Assembly (NCBI GenBank): GCA_038087875.1
Contig: CM075989.1
Span: 22,694,001 to 22,758,000, forward strand
Source: Malacoraja senta
Lineage: Eukaryota
Length of the DNA stretch: 64,000 nucleotides
Reading direction: 5' to 3'
The position numbers and the translations under genes are program-made. The notes beneath the pieces were generated by a model that did not search any database, was not told the origin of the DNA, and worked only from the letters and a program-made list of their open reading frames with translations. Shown here in pieces: positions 13,124 to 24,316 of the stretch (its first letter is position 1; every line of letters begins with the position of its first letter).

Positions 13124-14017
13124 TGTGCTCTTTACTCTGAGAACAGCATGAGCTGAGAGTCACAGAGTCACACAGCGTGAAAACAGGCCCTTCAGCCCAA
13201 CTTGCCCACGCCGACCAACGTGCCCCATCTACACCGGTCCCAACAGCTTGCGTTTGGCCCATATCCCTCCAAATCTGTTCTATCCATGCAATTCTCCAAA
13301 TGTTTTTTTAAATGTTCTATAGTTGAAGCCTGCAGCAAACATCCCTGGAACCAATCCCATCTGCATCCCATCCATGACTTGCACATACTCACTAAAGTTC
13401 AGAGATAGTACATAAACAGACAACTCATACTCCGGTACGCTCTGACCATTGATCACATATTCACCCATATCTATAAATGTCTCAATTGTAATCCTGTATT
13501 GTCTTTCATGGACTGGATAGCACTCAACAAAAAGCCTTTCACTGTACCTCGGTGACAATAAACTGAACTACACTAAACGCCAGTTCTATGTTAACCCACT
13601 TTCACTTCCATCCCATACACACTAGGAGGAATTTACAGAGACTAAATTAACCAACAAACCTGCAGGTGCTTTGGAATGTGGGAGGAAACCGGAGCACCCG
13701 GAGAAAACCCAGGTGGTCACGGGGAGAATGTGCAGCCGTAGTCAGGATCAAACCCGGGTCTCTGACGCTGAGAGGCAGCAACTCTACCGCTGCACCACCA
13801 TGCCATAATGACCTCAACCCAACACACCACTGATGGTCTAACTATTGATTCGTGGAGGTTTTGATGTAACAGTTCTGGATATTTCTCCCCCATTGGAGGG
13901 GAACCAAATAGGTTTTTACGGGCAAAAAAAGATGCAAAGTGCTGGAGTATCTCAGCGGGTCAGGCAGCATCCCTGGAGGTACAAAAAAAGACTCAGATGC
14001 TGCCTGACCCATTGAGT

Positions 14018-14154
14018 CTTCTTCTTGTGTGTGGCGTGCACAGTCTAAAGTTGCAGGTCAACTTGTTCTATTTGATCTATTTGTTTGTGCACGTCGGGTT
14101 AATTGCATTAGTCGAAACAGGGTGGACCACGTGAAGGTTGCAATCTCCCACCCC
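14018..14154 (-). mobile_element. 137-bp non-autonomous retroposon with ribozyme head and (GAA)n tail (Vingi/ingi-like)
   Basis: TSD attgagt at 14011-14017 and 14159-14165; inserted in a Penelope remnant. Confidence 0.75.
14101..14154 (-). ncRNA. Minimal HDV/CPEB3-like self-cleaving ribozyme (predicted), copy 1
   Basis: P1 GGGGUGG/CCACCCU (G1-U wobble), P2 GAUUGCA/UGCAAUU, P3 ACC/GGU, L3 UUCACGU, J4/2 ACUAA. Confidence 0.75.
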
Positions 14155-14774
14155 ACTTATTGAGTTAATCCAGCACTTTGTGTCTTTTATTTAAACCAGC
14201 ACTTGCATTTCAACGGATGCACTCATGTACGGTACGATCTGCCTGGATGGCACACAGAACAATGTTTGTTTGCTGTTTCTTTATATACTTGACCATAATA
14301 AACCACTACCTATGACAATAGCAATATGTGCACCTTACAACACTGGGGCATATAACAATGAACTCCACTTGACTGGTTAGACATTGATAAGGATGAATCC
14401 ACTAGTCCAGGGCTTCAGATTGAAGAACGGTCTCGACCCAAAACGTGACCTAGCCATGTTCTCCAGAGATGCTGCCTGACTTGCTGAGTTACTCCAGCAC
14501 TTTATGTCCTTCTATGCAATTATTTCTTTCTTCATAAATCCATAAGTTATAAGAGCAGAATTAGGCCATTCGGCCCATCAAGTCTACTCCACCATTCAAT
14601 CATGGCTGATCTATCTTTCCCTCTCAACCCCATTCTCATACCTTCTCCCCGTAACTCCAGACACCCGTACTAATCAAATCCTTTGTACCTCACTTTCATC
14701 TAGTTTTTGATTCCCATCTAAGATCTGTTCAAGCATGTCATACTCCTGGGAACACATAATTGTACCACACTTAC

Positions 14775-14918
14775 CTGACAGTAACCAGCCTGTCATATTC
14801 TTCTGCTGTGAAGTTGTGCAGAATGTCTTGGGCAGGATTGATCTGAATGCAGTTTGCTTCATTCTGATGGCAGTCAATGAATCTACTAACACCAGGTTTG
14901 TTGTAATTGATATTCTTT
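14775..14918 (-). CDS. Coding exon (KNINYNKPGVSRFIDCHQNEANCIQINPAQDILHNFTAEEYDRLVTV-R)
   Basis: ctctcatgttcag acceptor, AG|gtaagt donor, 144 nt, phase 2->2. Confidence 0.9.
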
Positions 14919-15131
14919 CTGAACATGAGAGCTTATTGAGCAGTACCTTACCAGATCAATCCTGGATTTCATTAGAAAGCCATAACAATAATCATTCAGT
15001 GTTGGAAAATTGACTCCACAGTAATTCAATTTGTGGCACAATTACGCTGTTGAATGCTCAGTTGTGTCTGTTCCAATTTTAAGGTGAAACATGGAGTCAC
15101 CGAATCTGAAACAGGCTCTTCGGCCCTTGTT

Positions 15132-15445
15132 GGACACAAAATGCTGGAGTAACTCAGTGGGACAGGTAGCATCTCTGGAGAGAAGGAATGGGTGACGTTT
15201 CGGGTTGAGACCCTAGTTCAGAATAGTCAAGGGGAAAGGGAAATGAGAGATATAGACGATGATGTGGAGAGATATAGAACAATGAATAAAAGATATGCAA
15301 AAAAGTAACGATGATAAAGGAAACAGGCCATTGTTAGCTGTTTGTTGGGTGAAAATGAGACTTGGGTGGGGGAGGGGTGGAGAGAGAGGGAATGCCGGGG
15401 TTACTTGAAGTTAGAGAAATCAATATTCATACCATTGGGTTGTAA
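15132..15445 (-). mobile_element. Penelope-like 3' fragment (LQPNGMNIDFSNFK* plus 3' UTR)
   Basis: Same ORF end and tail as 48885..49415. Confidence 0.75.
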
Positions 15446-15948
15446 AGGGAGGGGGGGGGGAATAAACTAGAGGTGAGAAGGGGCCAGAATGAGTTGCTCC
15501 AGCATTTTGTATCTATCTTCACTGCAGTTTGCCAGCGGTCTATTAACTGTAGTAAAAAAAGATAATAGGACAGTGGTAATGAAGGGTTAAAATCTGCTAT
15601 AACATGCACTAATGTGCTCAATAATGAGATTGAATTACTCTTGCGTTAGTCGTTAGACTCTTTTGCATATCTAAAGGATGATGATTGAGTATCTGCCAAT
15701 ATAAATACAAGTGAGTGACACAGCTATGGTGTCAATCGCAGAGGAGGTCCACATGTATGGAAAATGCCTTTGAATTACTTCAGTCCACATGTCTGTTGTA
15801 ATGCATGAGGGTATTGGAATAATGGTTTTCCCCTCCTTCTGATTAACCAGGTATTACTTGTTACTAAAAAGTGTACTTCACTTTCATTAAAGCTATAGCC
15901 CTTAAAGATTGGGCGGCACGGTGGCGCAGCGGTAGAGTTGCTGCCTTA

Positions 15949-16342
15949 TGCCCCTGTCCCACTTAGGAAACCTGAACGGAAACCTCTGGAGACTTTGCGC
16001 CCCACCCATGGTTTCCGTGCGGTTCCCGGAGGTTTTTGTCAGTCTCCCTGATGGTCGAAAGTGGTTTCCGCACCTTCTATGTTCCGGCGATTACTTTTAA
16101 AAATTCAAAACCGGCCACGACTAAAAATAGGTTGCCGTTTTAAAAATCGGTAATTTTTTAGTTGAAGATAAGACCTCCCTGGTGGAATAAAACTGGGTGA
16201 AAAAAAGGTCTTACCTTCCACTACCTGCAACCTCCGGCAACCACCTTCAACTAGCATCACAACCGGCTTTGACTTAAAATATTACCGATTTTTTAAACGG
16301 CAACCTATTTTTAGTCGTGGCCGGTTTTGAATTTTTTAAAAA
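15949..16342. mobile_element. Truncated Harbinger-type MITE inserted at TTA in a SINE head
   Basis: Left end tgcccctgtcccactt; internal ~63-bp inverted repeat; right end absent. Confidence 0.7.
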
Positions 16343-18757
16343 GCCTTTGTGACCCTTTGACTTCATGAGTGGGGCAATGGGAACGCTTGATTTTTTCCCC
16401 CTTCTTAAGCTCGATTAGTTTGGTTTAATTTAGTGGTACAGCATGGAACCGTGTCCTTCAGCCCACCGAGTCCACGCAGACCATCAATCACTGGTACACT
16501 AGTTCTATATAAGCCCACTTTCGCATCCTACACACTGGGGGCAATTTACAGAGGCCAATTTTTTACCTACAAACCTGCACGTCTCCGTAATGTGGGGGGA
16601 AGCCGGGCACCTGGAGAAAACCCACACAGACACGAGGAGAACGTATAACGAAAAGCACAGACAGCTTCCGTAGTCAGAATCGAACCTGGGTCTCTGGCGC
16701 TGTGAGGCAGCAACTCTACCGCTGCGCCACAGTGCTGCTGTGAAGGTAATTCAGTTTAACGTTAAACGTCTGAGAATTTCCTTCAGGAAAATATCAGGCT
16801 CTTCAGGCAAGAATTTCTGTGCAAGCATCAAAAGCATGTGTGAGATTATAGACTGGGTATTGATATTAATCGAACTGTGAATTGCAGTGTGGTATCTCAC
16901 AGCGTTACAATGAATGAATGAATAAGTTTATTGGCCAAGTATTCACATGCAAGGAATCTACTGTAGTATCTCACAGTGTTACAATACACTATCCCAGCCT
17001 CGGAATTGGAACAAAGCCTTGGATGAATGAAATGCATATCGGTCGTAGCATGAAACCAGTCCTTTAAACTTATTTATGATGCTGAAAATGGATCTAGATC
17101 AAGTGGTGACACACACTGCCAAACCTGCCTGGCTGCCTCATGTTAGAAAACCGACTCTCGACCAAATGGAGACTTGTTCCGTTGTAATTAAAAATAACAA
17201 ATAAAATCTGCTAGAAATCTGTACCAAGCAAGTCTAACATTTCGTGACAGATCTGTAACAAGGCTAACAAGCTCACTTTTAGTGTGGGGACAAAAACCCA
17301 GATCTGCTGGAGAAAACCCACGCGGTCACGGGGAGAACGTACAAACTCCATACAGACAGCACCCGTGGTCAGGATCGAACCCAGGTCTCTGGCTCTGTAA
17401 CTCTACTGCTGCACCACCATACTGTCCCCCCATGTCATGATCCAGTTACACCTAGCCCACGATCAACAACCTTATTTGTGCAGCTATTGATTACATATAT
17501 ACCTGTACATAATACAATGCTTAATATTGTACCAGCTTCAAAGTTGTCTTGTTGAGTCTCATTGTCTGTAACTCATTTTCACCTAGACCACAGCTAACAA
17601 TGGCCTGTCTCCTTTATCATCGTTACTTTTATGCATATCTTTCATTCCCTTGTTCTATCTCTCTGTATTTCACCATCTACCGTATATCTCTCGTTGCCCT
17701 TTCCCCCTGACTCTCAGTCTGAAGAAGGGTCTCGACCCGAAACATCACCTGTTCCTTTTCTCAAGAGATGCTGCCTGACCCGCTGAGTTACTCCAGCATT
17801 TTGTGTCTCCTAGATACGTCATATGCCAGCAACAATCAATAGCCTCAGACCAAAAGGATGTAACTTTAGAAAGGCGATAAGGAGGAATTTATTTACCTCT
17901 ACAATAAACATCACCAAAGATCTTTTGAACTACCGATAACAAAACATAACGAAGTATAGAAACATCACCTATTCCTTCTCTCCAGAGATGCTGTTTGACC
18001 CACTGAGTTACTCCAGCTTTGTGAGTCTATCTTTGGTTTAAACCAGCATCTGCAGTTCCTACCAACACATATGACATATCTAGTTTGTTGAAACAGCCAA
18101 CATCATTATTGTATAGGGTGGGCAGTTAGAAGAAGTATGTAGAATGATGAGAGACATAGATAGGGGAGACCAGAATGGAAATATCAAATAATGACAGGGG
18201 CAAAGTTTAAATGAGATGTGCAGAGCAAGTTTTTTATATGAATGCAGAAGATGGTGAGTTTCTGGAATGCACTGCCAGGGGTGGTGGAGACAGATACGAT
18301 GATTCAATGGTTCAATAGTTTATTTATTCTGTACCAGTGAAAGGTACAGTGAAATACATTTTTAGTGGCAATTAGAGAATTTTAGAAGGATGATGGGACA
18401 CATCATTGAAACTTACCAAGTAGTGAAGCGCCTGGATAGAGTTGATGTGGAGGATTTTTTCCACTAGTGGAAGAGTCGAGGACCAGAGGGCACAGCCTCA
18501 CAATAAAAGAACATACCTTTAGAATGGAGAAGAGGAGGAATTTCCTCAGCCAGAGGGTGGTGAATCTGTGGAATTCATTGCTACAGATGGCTACGGAGGC
18601 CAAGTCAGTGGATATTTTTGAAGCGGAGATTGACAGATTCATGACTAGTACAGGTGTCAAGGTTTATGGTGAGAAGGCAGGAGAATGGGGTTGAGAGTGA
18701 AAGATAGATCAGCCATGATTGAATGGTCGAGTAGACTTGACGGGCCAAATGGCCTAA

Positions 18758-19045
18758 TGGGCCTGTCCCACTTACGCGATTTTTTTCGGCGACTTGCCGG
18801 CACCCGTCATAGTCGCAGCAAGTCTCCGAAAATTTTCAACATGTTGAAAATCCAGCAGCGACCAGAAAAAGGTACAACTCTTTGGGCGACTACTCACGAC
18901 CATACAGGCGACACCCCGCGACAGAATCGTACCTTTTTCTGGTCGACGCTGCATTTTCAACATGTTGAAAATTTTCGGAGACCAGCTGCGACTATGACCA
19001 ATGCTGGCAAGTCGCTGAAAAAATCACGTAAGTGGGACAGACCCT
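18758..19045. mobile_element. Harbinger-type MITE, largely palindromic
   Basis: TAA duplicated (18755-18757, 19046-19048) within CR1 tail ggcctaattctgctc, which is seen uninterrupted near 54908. Confidence 0.85.
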
Positions 19046-19387
19046 TAATTCTGCTCATATAACCTATGAACTCATGAAGTTATGAATTTTAGATAGGCAC
19101 ATCGGTGCTGGGAATGGAGGGATATGGATTATGTGCAAGCAGTTAAGAGTTGATGTTGGAGCCATGTTGGGCATGGACATTGTGGGCCAAATGGCCTGTT
19201 CCTGCGCTGTGCCGTACTGTTCTATATTCTGTACCTCAGTACACATGAAAATAATAAACCAAAGGTATCAAATTATAGATTTCTGCGCTTATAGCCATCA
19301 ATAAATAATGGTCAAGAACAAAGAACAAGAACAAGAGCAATAGGCAGCTTTGGAAAATAACCGTGCAGTGAAAAAGTTTCATCTGAT

Positions 19388-19680
19388 GGGGCGGCACGGT
19401 GGCGCAGCGGTAGACTTGCTGCCTCACAGCGCCAGAGACCCGGGTTCCATCCTGACTACGGGTGCTGTCTGTACGGAGTTTGTACGTTCTCCCCGTGACC
19501 TGCGTGGGTTTTCTCCGAGATCTTCGGTTTCCTCCCACACTGCAAAGCTGTACAGATATGTAGGTTAACTGGCTTGGTATGAATGTAAACTTGTCAGTGT
19601 TAGTGTACGGGGATCTCTGGTCGGTGCGGACCCGGTGAGCCGATGGGCCCGTTTCCGCGCTGTATCTCTAATCTAAACTG
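19388..19680 (+). mobile_element. tRNA-derived V-SINE (HE1-like)
   Basis: Full head and tail. Confidence 0.9.
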
Positions 19681-19972
19681 ATCCTGACGTGTAGTGATTT
19701 TTTTTATAAGCATCTGTTAACATTTCTTTCTGCTGAAGGCAAGTGCAACAATTGCAGTAGCAAGAATGGAAGTGCATTCTCTTGTCTCAGTCTGTTACAT
19801 GATGGAATATAAAACTTCAAAACAAAATGTGATAACAGATGTGGTCAAGGTCAGTCGATGAGAATTCAGACACAAGGAGAGAAAGCATGATCACCAGATT
19901 GAAGGAATGTTTCTCTGGTTATAACAAAGGTTGCAGAAAATAATCATTATAACACAGGCACACAAAACATAC

Positions 19973-20027
19973 TGAATAACGGCAATGCCTTGCTGGACAG
20001 TCAACACTGCCCTATTGTTGATGATAT
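19973..20027 (-). CDS. Coding exon (D-IINNRAVLTVQQGIAVI-Q)
   Basis: aaacag acceptor, CA|gtatgt donor, 55 nt; phase 1->2 bridges neighbours. Confidence 0.75.
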
Positions 20028-20046
20028 CTGTTTTCAATAAAACAAG

Positions 20047-20182
20047 TGTTCAAGAAGGAACTGCAGATGCTGGAAAATCGTAGCTAGACAAAATTGCTGG
20101 AGAAACTCAGCGGGTGCGGCAGCATCTATGGAGCAAGGAAACAGGGAACGTTTCGGGCCGAAACCCTTCTTCAGACCTACCG
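20047..20182 (-). mobile_element. Mini Penelope-tail insertion with 13-bp TSD
   Basis: tcaataaaacaag at 20034-20046 and 20183-20195. Confidence 0.75.
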
Positions 20183-20759
20183 TCAATAAAACAAGGTTTT
20201 GTTAAATGGGATAACAGGTTTGCCATGTTAAATTTAGTTTAGTTTAGAGATACAGCGCGGAAACAGGCCCTCTGAGTCCGCGCCGACCAGTGATCGACAC
20301 ACACTCGCGCTATCCCACAAACTAGCGACAATTTACAATTTTACCAAGCCAATTAGCCTACAAACACGGACGTCTTTGGTGTGTGGAAGGAAACCGGAGC
20401 TCCCGGATGAAACCCACACAGGTCCGTACAGACAGAAACCCACTCCGTACAGACAGCACCCGTTGTCAGGATCGAACCCGGGTCACTGGCGCTGTAAGAC
20501 AACAACTCTACCGCTGTGCCACTGCGCCACTGTGCCACTGTATTAAGAGGACAAGATTTAGGAAATCTTCTCATCGGTTCCATTAAGGTGAGAATTGGGA
20601 GTATCACCAGAAATGTTCATTTTTTGTCTTGAGGAGAGAAAGATCACAAAATGTTGTGGATAAATGTCAAAACTGAGGAACCAAGTCAATAAAAACACCT
20701 TTGAAGAAATGTTGGGAATGGTTAAAGAGCCCTTTCTAAAAAGGAGAATAGATTTCTTA

Positions 20760-20878
20760 TTTCTTCTTCTAAAGTTGTAGGCAACTTGTTCTATTTGATC
20801 TTATTTGTTTGTGCACGCCAGGTTGATTGCATTCGTCGAAACAGGGCGGACCAGGTGAAGGTTGCAATCTCCCACCCC
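20760..20878 (-). mobile_element. Second copy of the ribozyme-headed retroposon (~18-nt deletion near the 3' end)
   Basis: TSD tttctta at 20753-20759 and 20881-20887; high similarity to 14018..14154. Confidence 0.75.
20825..20878 (-). ncRNA. Minimal HDV/CPEB3-like self-cleaving ribozyme (predicted), copy 2
   Basis: P1 GGGGUGG/CCGCCCU, P2 GAUUGCA/UGCAAUC, P3 ACC/GGU, L3 UUCACCU, J4/2 ACGAA. Confidence 0.7.
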
Positions 20879-21299
20879 GGTTTCTTACTATTTATGGCAA
20901 CTCAAAATAAATCAAGTTGACACTTGCTGAGTCCTGTTTTATTTTGTTTAGTTTGGAGATACAGCATGGAAACAGGCCCTTCAGCCCGCCGAGTCCAGGG
21001 ACCGGCGATCCTCGTACATTAACACTATCCTACACACACTAGGGACAATTTACAATGTTAACAATTAACCTACAAAACCTGTACATCTTTGGAGCGTGGG
21101 AGGAAACTGGAGCACCAAGAAGAGACTCATGTGGGTCACGGGGGAGAACGTACAAACTCCGTACAGACAGCACCCGTAGTCAGGATCGAACCCGGGTCTC
21201 TGGAGCTGTGAGGCAGCAACTCTACCCCTGCGCCGTCGTGCTGCCCCAAAGTCATTTGAGGTGAGATTAGTTTATCTTGGTATTGTGTTCAGCACAGAC

Positions 21300-21680
21300 A
21301 TGTTGTTTGGGAACAGCTCCACCCAAGACCACGAGAAATTGCAGAGAATTGTGGACGCATCTCAGACAATCTCAGAAACCAACCTCCCAGCCGTTGACTC
21401 CATCTACACTTCACGCTGCCTGGGCAAGGCCACCAACATATCAAGGACCAGTCTCACCCCGGACACTTCCTCTTCTCCACTCTCCCATCGAGCAAGAGGT
21501 ACAGAAGTTTGAAAACGCACACCTCCAGATTCATGGACAGTTTCTTCCCGGCTGTTATCAGGTGACTGAACCATCCTACCACCAACTAGAGAGCAGTCCT
21601 GAGCTGCTATCCACCTCATTGGAGACCCTAGGACTATCTTTAATCAGACGTTACTGGACTTCATCTTGCACTAAATGTTA
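21300..21680 (+). mobile_element. Rex1/Babar-clade LINE 3' fragment
   Basis: FGNSSTQDHEKLQRIVDASQTI...RCLGKA...SRFMDSFFPAVIR. Confidence 0.75.
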
Positions 21681-21950
21681 TTTAAGAGGGAGTTAGATGT
21701 GGCCCTTGTGGCTAAAGGGATCAGGGGGTATGGAGAGAAGGCAGGTACGGGATACTGAGTTGGATGATCAGCCATGATCATATTGAATGGCGGTGCAGGC
21801 TCGAAGGGCCGAATGGCCTACTCCTGCACCTATTTTCTATGTTTCTATGTATCTATTCCCATTAAAGATACAAAATGCTGGAGTAACTCAGCGGGACAGG
21901 CAGCATCTCTGGAGAGACGGAATAGGTGACGTATCAGGTTGAGACCCGAA

Positions 21951-21986
21951 GGGTCTGAAGAAGGGTCTCGACCCGAAACGTCACCC
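21951..21986 (+). ncRNA. Minimal type I hammerhead ribozyme motif of a Penelope-like element (representative intact copy)
   Basis: gggt-CTGAAGA-a-GGGT(CTCG)ACCC-GAAA-CGTC-accc; other near-intact cores at about 17719, 23815, 27579, 42931, 47190, 52990, 59598 (+) and 4452, 56367, 58717 (-). Confidence 0.65.
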
Positions 21987-22571
21987 ATTCCTTCTCTCCA
22001 GAGATGCTGCCTGTCCCGCTGAGTTACTCCAGCGTTTTGTGTCTATCTTTGGTTTAAACCAGCATCTGCAGTTCCTTCCCACACGTTATTCTCATTATCA
22101 TGTAACTGTACACTGTGGACGGCTCGGTTGTAATCACGTGTAGTCTTTCCCGCTGACTGGTTAGCACGCAACAACGGTTTTCCACTGTACCTCGGTACAC
22201 GTGACAATAAACTAAACTAAAGTAAGGGTGATATTTCCTTCCTCTTCGTTTACAGATGGGAACATGCCAGGCAGTGCCTAATTCTCAGCAAGGTCCATCA
22301 GTAATCTGAACACCCTGGGGTTAGTCCAACTTTATGAATCTCACACCTCCAAAATCCTATTGACAGCAAATTAATTAGATATCCGAGTGGATAATTTCAC
22401 AGTTTTGTCACAATGTGACTGTCAAAGGACTAACCAGAGATGGGGTTAAACACACAACGAGGTTGGTGGGAAGGGAGGGAGGGAGGGAGGGAGGGTGGGT
22501 GGGGAGGTGACTCGTTAAAGAGATGGTGGGGGGTGTGTTGAGGGCAGAGTGAAATAAGGGGCCTGGAGGAG

Positions 22572-22890
22572 GTTTAGTTTAGTTTAGAGATACAGTGCAG
22601 AAACAGGCCCTTCGGCCCATCGAGTTCCGCACCGACCAGCAATCCCTGAACACTAACTCTATCCTACACACACTGGGGACAATTTATATTTATACCACGC
22701 CAATTAACCTACATACCTGTACGTCTTTGGAGTGTGGGAGGAAACCGGAGATCCCGGAGAAAACCCACGTGGTCACAGGGAGAACGTACAAACTCCGCAC
22801 AGACAGCACCCGTAGTCGGGATCGAACCCGGGTCTCCGGCGCTGCAAGCGCTGTAAGGCAGCAACTCTACCGCTGCGCCACCGTGCCACC
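22572..22890 (-). mobile_element. tRNA-derived V-SINE (HE1-like)
   Basis: Full-length copy. Confidence 0.9.
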
Positions 22891-23198
22891 TAGGTGAGGG
22901 TATGGGTGGGAGATGCATCAAGGGAGATGGAGGAGGGGAAAGGAACTGGGCTGCATCTACATGAACATTAAGTTCTCCAGTGTCAGGTAAGCCATTCGCC
23001 TCCTTTCCATCTCCTCCTGATCTACCCAGGACATCTCAGGCACTTCCTTCTCCCCACTCCTCCTGGCTCCCTTCATCTCAGCCCTTACCCCTCCTCCTTC
23101 AGGTCCCAGACTATTCCCCCCTTTTCTCTCTATCTCTGCTGGTAGCAGCTGTGCAGAAATTGGTTGCAGTCCATCCCACACTAGAAATGTGACATTAC

Positions 23199-23388
23199 CG
23201 TATGTGGACACAAACCATTTAGGCCAGCCCTGCTTTATAAAAGATCTAGAAATGTCAGCTTCTCTCAACAAATTATTAGTAATGCTCTCAAATTCATCTG
23301 ACATTCTGCTTCTTGCAGAGGCAATACTGTCAATAATGGGTTCACTGTGAAGTAATGCCTTTTCCATTCCATGGCAATTAAACATAAG
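23199..23388 (-). CDS. Coding exon (LMFNCHGMEKALLHSEPIIDSIASARSRMSDEFESITNNLLREADISRSFIKQGWPKWFVSTY)
   Basis: weak ggttag acceptor, G|gtaatg donor, 190 nt, phase 0->1; overlaps ORF 22957..23385. Confidence 0.85.
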
Positions 23389-24316
23389 CTAACCTTAGCC
23401 TGAGTGAAGAGTTGGGCATAGCCCAGAAATTTGGAAGAGAGGGGAGATTCACAACATTCCCTCCACAATTTTCTTCTACTGTGTGTGGATAACTCATGTG
23501 CTGGAGTAACTCACGGGACAGGCAGCATCTCTGGAGAGAGGGAATGGGTGACGTTTTGGGTCGAGACCTTGAGCATCGTCTGCTTTGATCTGTCGTTTTC
23601 ACACCTTACTCTTCCATATCTCTAGTTTCCCTCTCCCCTGCCTCGTTGCCTTGATGAGTTTCATTGTCTGTAACCCGTTTTCACCTAGACCACAGCTAAC
23701 AATGGCCTGTCTCCTCTATCATTGTTACTTATTTGCATATCTTTCATTCACCTGTCCTATATCTCTCTACATCACCATCTATATCTCTCATTTCCCTTTC
23801 CCGTGAGTCTCAGTCTGAAGAAGGGTCTCGACACGAAACGTCACCTATTCCTTGTCTTCAGAGATGCTGCCTGTCCCGCTGAGTTACTCCAGCATTCTGT
23901 GTCTACTGTATCTCAGCCAGAAACATCAGCGTGTTATCTTCATGACCAGGTGTTGCCGTTCTGCTTGGCGGACTGAACACAGAGCCAATCTCTTAGAACA
24001 TGGGTGCAGTCCAAAGTCATTTAGCAATGGCATTTGATCAAGTTGGCCTGCCAAAAACACATCCTCCCTAGTACTGTAGAGATATGAGTGAACTGTCAGT
24101 GGTGTCCAAGATCTTAAACTGGATCACTTCGATGCACTGAAGCCAGTGCTCGATTCCTGGGCCTTTCCCAAACTTGCCAGGGTTTTGCATCCAAAACAAG
24201 AGTAGAAATTCCCTTTTGCCAGATGCAATCAGCATTTAGAGCACTATCCTTATAAGGAGAAATTCTGTTGACCAGAGAGAGAGAGAGAGAGAGATTGAGT
24301 GCGCTTGCCTAAATAC

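Noticed and set aside
17897..17929. Possible minus-strand exon VQKIFGDVYCR
   Set aside because: Phase 1->1 does not fit between 19973 and 14918, which already join in frame.
23389..24316. U12-type intron hypothesis for the odd acceptor
   Set aside because: Donor gtatttag lacks the GTATCCTT U12 consensus.
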